Origin: Octopus vulgaris
Lineage: Eukaryota
NCBI GenBank assembly: GCA_951406725.2
Contig: CATOCA020000001.1
Coordinates: forward strand, 8,866,001-8,930,000
Length of the DNA stretch: 64,000 nucleotides
Direction: 5' to 3'
Part shown: positions 60,123 through 64,000 of the stretch, piece after piece
Layout of the letters: the number at the start of each line of letters is the position of its first letter
Numbering within the stretch: position 1 is the stretch's first letter
Notes under the pieces: model-generated
What the model was told of the DNA's origin: nothing
Database searches by the model: none
What the model saw: the letters and a program-made list of their open reading frames with translations, nothing else
Position numbers and translations under genes: made by a program

Positions 60123-60396
60123 CAAAGACATGTATCACATTATAGCAGGTTTGACAAAAAACCGAGTTTCATTGGGAGAGTAGATCCTCATAGGCGTATA
60201 TGACATTGCGAGACTCCAAAACAAATCGTCCATACCGTTTTTTCACTCGATAAAGAATGAGTGAAAAAACGGTAAGGACGATTTGTTTTGGAGTCTCGCA
60301 ATGCCATATACGCCTGTGAGGATTTACTTTCCCAATGAAACTCGGTTTTTTCTCAAACTTTTTCTCAAACTTGCTATAATGTGATACATGTCTTTG
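60123..60396. repeat. Near-perfect long hairpin (~125-bp arms, ~10-nt loop)
   Basis: 60123-60248 is the reverse complement of 60259-60396, with one short duplication in the right arm. Confidence 0.9.
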
Positions 60397-61599
60397 GTGT
60401 GGTAATTGTACGTGGCTGAAGAAGGCTTTTGATCTACCTGCTATATCAATTATGCATTGATATAAGTTGTTCAATAAAGCCCGAAACATATGTACCACAA
60501 AATCCTTTGTGTCCTGTTTTTCTTTTGATACATATATCCTATCACTTATAACCCTAGCTGGCATATACAGGTGCTTACTTTTATCAAGTATTCACCCTGA
60601 ATTTATATATATATATATATAAAGGGTAAAGAAATCATTCGGTTATGAATGATCATCGGATAGCACCCAGGATGATAGATGTTACTCTCCGAGGCACGAG
60701 CCCGGGTAATGTTTTTATGGAAGACCAACAGTGGCCTATGTATGCCACACTCCATTCTCCACGCCACCAATGTCATCTAAGAGAAAGACAAGGGCCGATT
60801 CAGCTTGACACCAGTGACATCAGAACTCACTTCTAAAGCCTATTGAACTGGAAAAACATGTAAATATTGTGTCTTGCTCAAGCACAAAATCGAACTCCCT
60901 ACCTCATGAGTGTGAGCCTGAGGTTCTAACCACTGAGCCTTGCATCTTCATATATATATATAATCAAATTAAGCAACAGGATATCAAGTCTTGATACAAT
61001 ACGACCGTTTCAAGCGCCTCCATTCAATTGAACAATGCAATCAATACATCAATTTAAATGCAGTGCCATCTTTAGCTGTAGAAATAAATGAATAGAATTT
61101 TAACCATTCGGACACATTACTGTAATGTTTCTAAAATATTTTAACAGAGTAAGAAGATGGAAGAAATTAATGTTATCGATATTGTAGCTAAGAAAAAGAA
61201 CTACACTTCCAAGAATCGCATGAAGCCTATTGGGGTGATAGTGTTGTAAAGGATTGTAATTCATTTCTAATTTCATTTATCTCTTTATCAACTACTAAAT
61301 CTAAGACCAGAAGACAGTGTTCTGTTTTGAATAAAGGACAAGAATAAGTTGACAGCTCATGGCTAGGTATGGTCATAAATGTTGTCGTATGTATTCCCTT
61401 TCCTCTAGGCAGAAAGAAGACATTAGGGGTAGTCAATCGGATATAAAGTAAGTGTCCATAAAAAGAGGCTTAGTAGTGTAAGACTTTAAATCATGATGTT
61501 GATTACCAGTTAAAGGGGCAAGGCGCAAAGAAACCAAGGATGTTAATGCAGACGAAATTTTATTATGTGTGATTGCTTATAAACAATATTGCTATGTTG

Positions 61600-62270
61600 T
61601 ATAAAAAATATAATTAAGATTGTCAAAAATGGTATCAATACCGAAATAGGTAAAATGTGTGTCTTTATTTATTATAAACATTAAAAAGGAAAGATTACCG
61701 GAGACTAAACAGTATGCCTATGCCTCAGTAGAAGGTAAATCTGCAAAATCTAGGTTTTGGTACAATCGATTTAGGCAGATAAAATTTTGGGTAGAAATAC
61801 ATTTGAAGTGGACAAGTTGTCAAAACATGTTTGTAGATCAATGATTTCTTTAGATACACCAATAACAATTACATCATGTGTGGCAGAATCAGTGGTTTAT
61901 TTCTCAATGTCCCTGGATTTAGCTATAACTAGGGGTAGATTTTTACCTGATGTTTTCTTATTGGACCTTTAATGTAGGATTATGTAAGGAACTTTGCTTT
62001 TAATATCCGTCACAACAAATGTCCAGAATTTTCCTGTGGATGGTAAGATTTTGTTCGACTGCAAAGATGGGGAAAGACACACGGGCCAGCCACCGTGGGG
62101 ATCATACAACCATAATGCATCTTTGATTGGCCTGAAGTTAATGGTGCATAGAAACATTGCATTTATTGCAGTCAACTCATCTGTTTTTAAAATATTCTCC
62201 AGTTTTGTACATATACATTGTATTGTATTCTCAAAACATTCTTCTATTTTAGAACAGTGACTTGTTTAGT
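61600..62270 (-). mobile_element. Possible highly decayed piggyBac-like transposase remnant
   Basis: Weak motifs (Y.TGE...DE, GKFW..V.D.KS, FDN..TS); low support. Confidence 0.3.
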
Positions 62271-62418
62271 TATACGGATCTCGTATATATGAAGCTATAG
62301 CAAATGTGTCCCGTCTCTCCAGCCATAAAATTCAAAACCAGATGTCTAAATATAGAGGACTTGTGAAACAGATTAGATACAATGAAGAGTTTTATATATA
62401 CATATATTAATGGTTGTA

Positions 62419-63234
62419 CATGATCTTATCAATAAGTATCCAGACTGTTGCCATAGTAACAAAGCTAAAGCACACAGAGTAAAGTTGCTTGGCACAGATT
62501 GACCTTTATCTCTGTTGTGCATGCACGCTAAGTTTTGACTTTCTAGAGCAATTCCACTGTTTACAGCAGTGCTTGGAAGGAAGGTGTGTAGCGTGTGATC
62601 GTCACATTGACAATGATATAGAAAGTTGAGCAGAGAATCTGCATCAAATTTTGTCAAAAGTTTGACGATTCCTGCTCAGAGGGCCCTAGAAATTTTTCAA
62701 TAAATTTTTATCGTCCCTGACACAATCAAGGACATCTTGTGCATCTGAAACCCGTGTGTCCTTTTGGTCCGCTGAAAGCAGTTTTGGCGCACATTTGGTA
62801 GACAGGCGTCTCAAACCCAAATCTTCAGTGGTAATGGCCCGAACCGTAACAAACCTGCACATCCTCTGATAATTCAAGGATGGTAATTCGACGGTTTACC
62901 CACACAACTGTACGCACATCAGCAATGTTTTTTCTCAGTTCTGCTCGTTGCAGATCTTCCAGAATGTTCGTCAATATCGACATTTACGGCCATACTTAAA
63001 ATGTCTGAACCACTCTTACATGTGTGTGTGGCTCATACACTCCTCTCCATACACTTTCTGCAACTTTACGTAGGCTTCCAAGCACTGCTGTAAACAGCGG
63101 ATATGAGCTAGAACATAAAAATTAGTGCGCATGTACAGCACAGATTGAGATCAATCTTTGCCAAGCGGCTTCACTCTGCGTGTTTTTGCTTCGTTACTAT
63201 AGCAACAGTCTGGATACTTATTGATCAGACCTCG
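62419..63234. mobile_element. Mariner-derived element made of two inverted 5' halves, TA-flanked
   Basis: TIR ...ATCAATAAGTATCCAGACTG at both ends; KVEQRICIKFCQK on plus; EDLGLRRLSTKCAPKLLSADQK on minus. Confidence 0.8.
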
Positions 63235-63578
63235 TATATAGACACAAAGTTGTGTACATATATAGTTTTGTTCAGCAGAAATGGAGTCTAGAAGTGAAGT
63301 ATGGTTTTGGAATATATGTGGTGCACTGCTTTTGTAATATATCAGAGTCAAGACGTATATTTAACAAAATCTGTATAAATATACACGTGTGTGTGTCTGC
63401 GTAGCACTTATACACACATAAATCTGTCCGAACGTGGTTCTTTAAAATAGAAATTGTGAGACACTCATGGAGGTCACTGCAGAGTTTCATAATATTTTGT
63501 CCTGTAAACATGTATACCATGTAAAAATTGATATACATGAATGTTATTGATGAAATGTGTTTATATTTTGTTCCATAG

Positions 63579-63721
63579 ATGTCGCTACTGTCAAGAGAAC
63601 ATGGCCACTGTGAGACTGCAACCATGTGGAGATCTTGTTCTCTGCGAGAATTGTTCTTCTGAAATGACAATTAAGAGATGCCCCGTGTGTCGAGAATACA
63701 CCCTCAGCAAAAGTGAATTTG
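63579..63721 (+). CDS. ANK-RING gene copy B, RING-finger exon (CRYCQENMATVRLQPCGDLVLCENCSSEMTIKRCPVCREYTLSKSEF)
   Basis: ttccatAG acceptor, GTAAG donor; C-x2-C-x11-C-G-D-x3-C-x2-C-x8-C-x2-C spacing of MIB/IAP-type RING-HC fingers. Gene continues off the right edge. Confidence 0.88.
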
Positions 63722-64000
63722 GTAAGATAATCTTTGGGGCTCTGTTTGTTGTCTTGTTGACCTTATTGTGTGGAATAATGTGCTTCAAGCTTTCGTGTAG
63801 ACCCAGGTATGTCATAATGGGACAGATTTATGATAGGTGTTCCTGGGGTCTTTTCTTTGTGACAGTATATCTATCACTACATCCACTAAATATTGCCTTT
63901 ACCTAATTTTAAGATGTCACACTTCAAGATGTCTGTCAGGATATGTTGTTTAGGTACGTACCCTGAATGTCTCTTTAGGTACGTACCCTGAATTATAAGA

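Overview
Eukaryotic, intron-rich, repeat-dense DNA. The tRNA-derived SINE consensus, TA/CA/GATA/TAA microsatellites and LINE families look like a coleoid cephalopod (Octopus-like) genome; this assignment is recognition, not a search result. The genic core is an inverted, partly duplicated ankyrin-repeat + RING (MIB2-like architecture) E3-ligase locus. A minus-strand copy has five phase-compatible coding exons (23146 to 3968) and runs off the left edge. A plus-strand copy has only exon 4 onward (48966 to 63721, including a RING exon) and no visible exons 1-3. The main observation is that the two shared exons differ by about 13% and about 30%, almost all non-synonymously and largely at ankyrin target-binding positions, while the immediately flanking introns are about 98-99% identical. 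This suggests a diversifying, DARPin-like ANK-RING receptor family, possibly with an invertible or donor-cassette layout. The rest is transposable elements (Tx1, HERO, R4/Dong, RTE, CR1-like, Penelope, Gypsy, mariner, MITE, Helitron-like, SINEs), several Penelope-type hammerhead ribozymes in foldback repeats, a 4-kb (ATC)n array and a 6.5-kb polypyrimidine satellite. All alignments and counts were done by eye.
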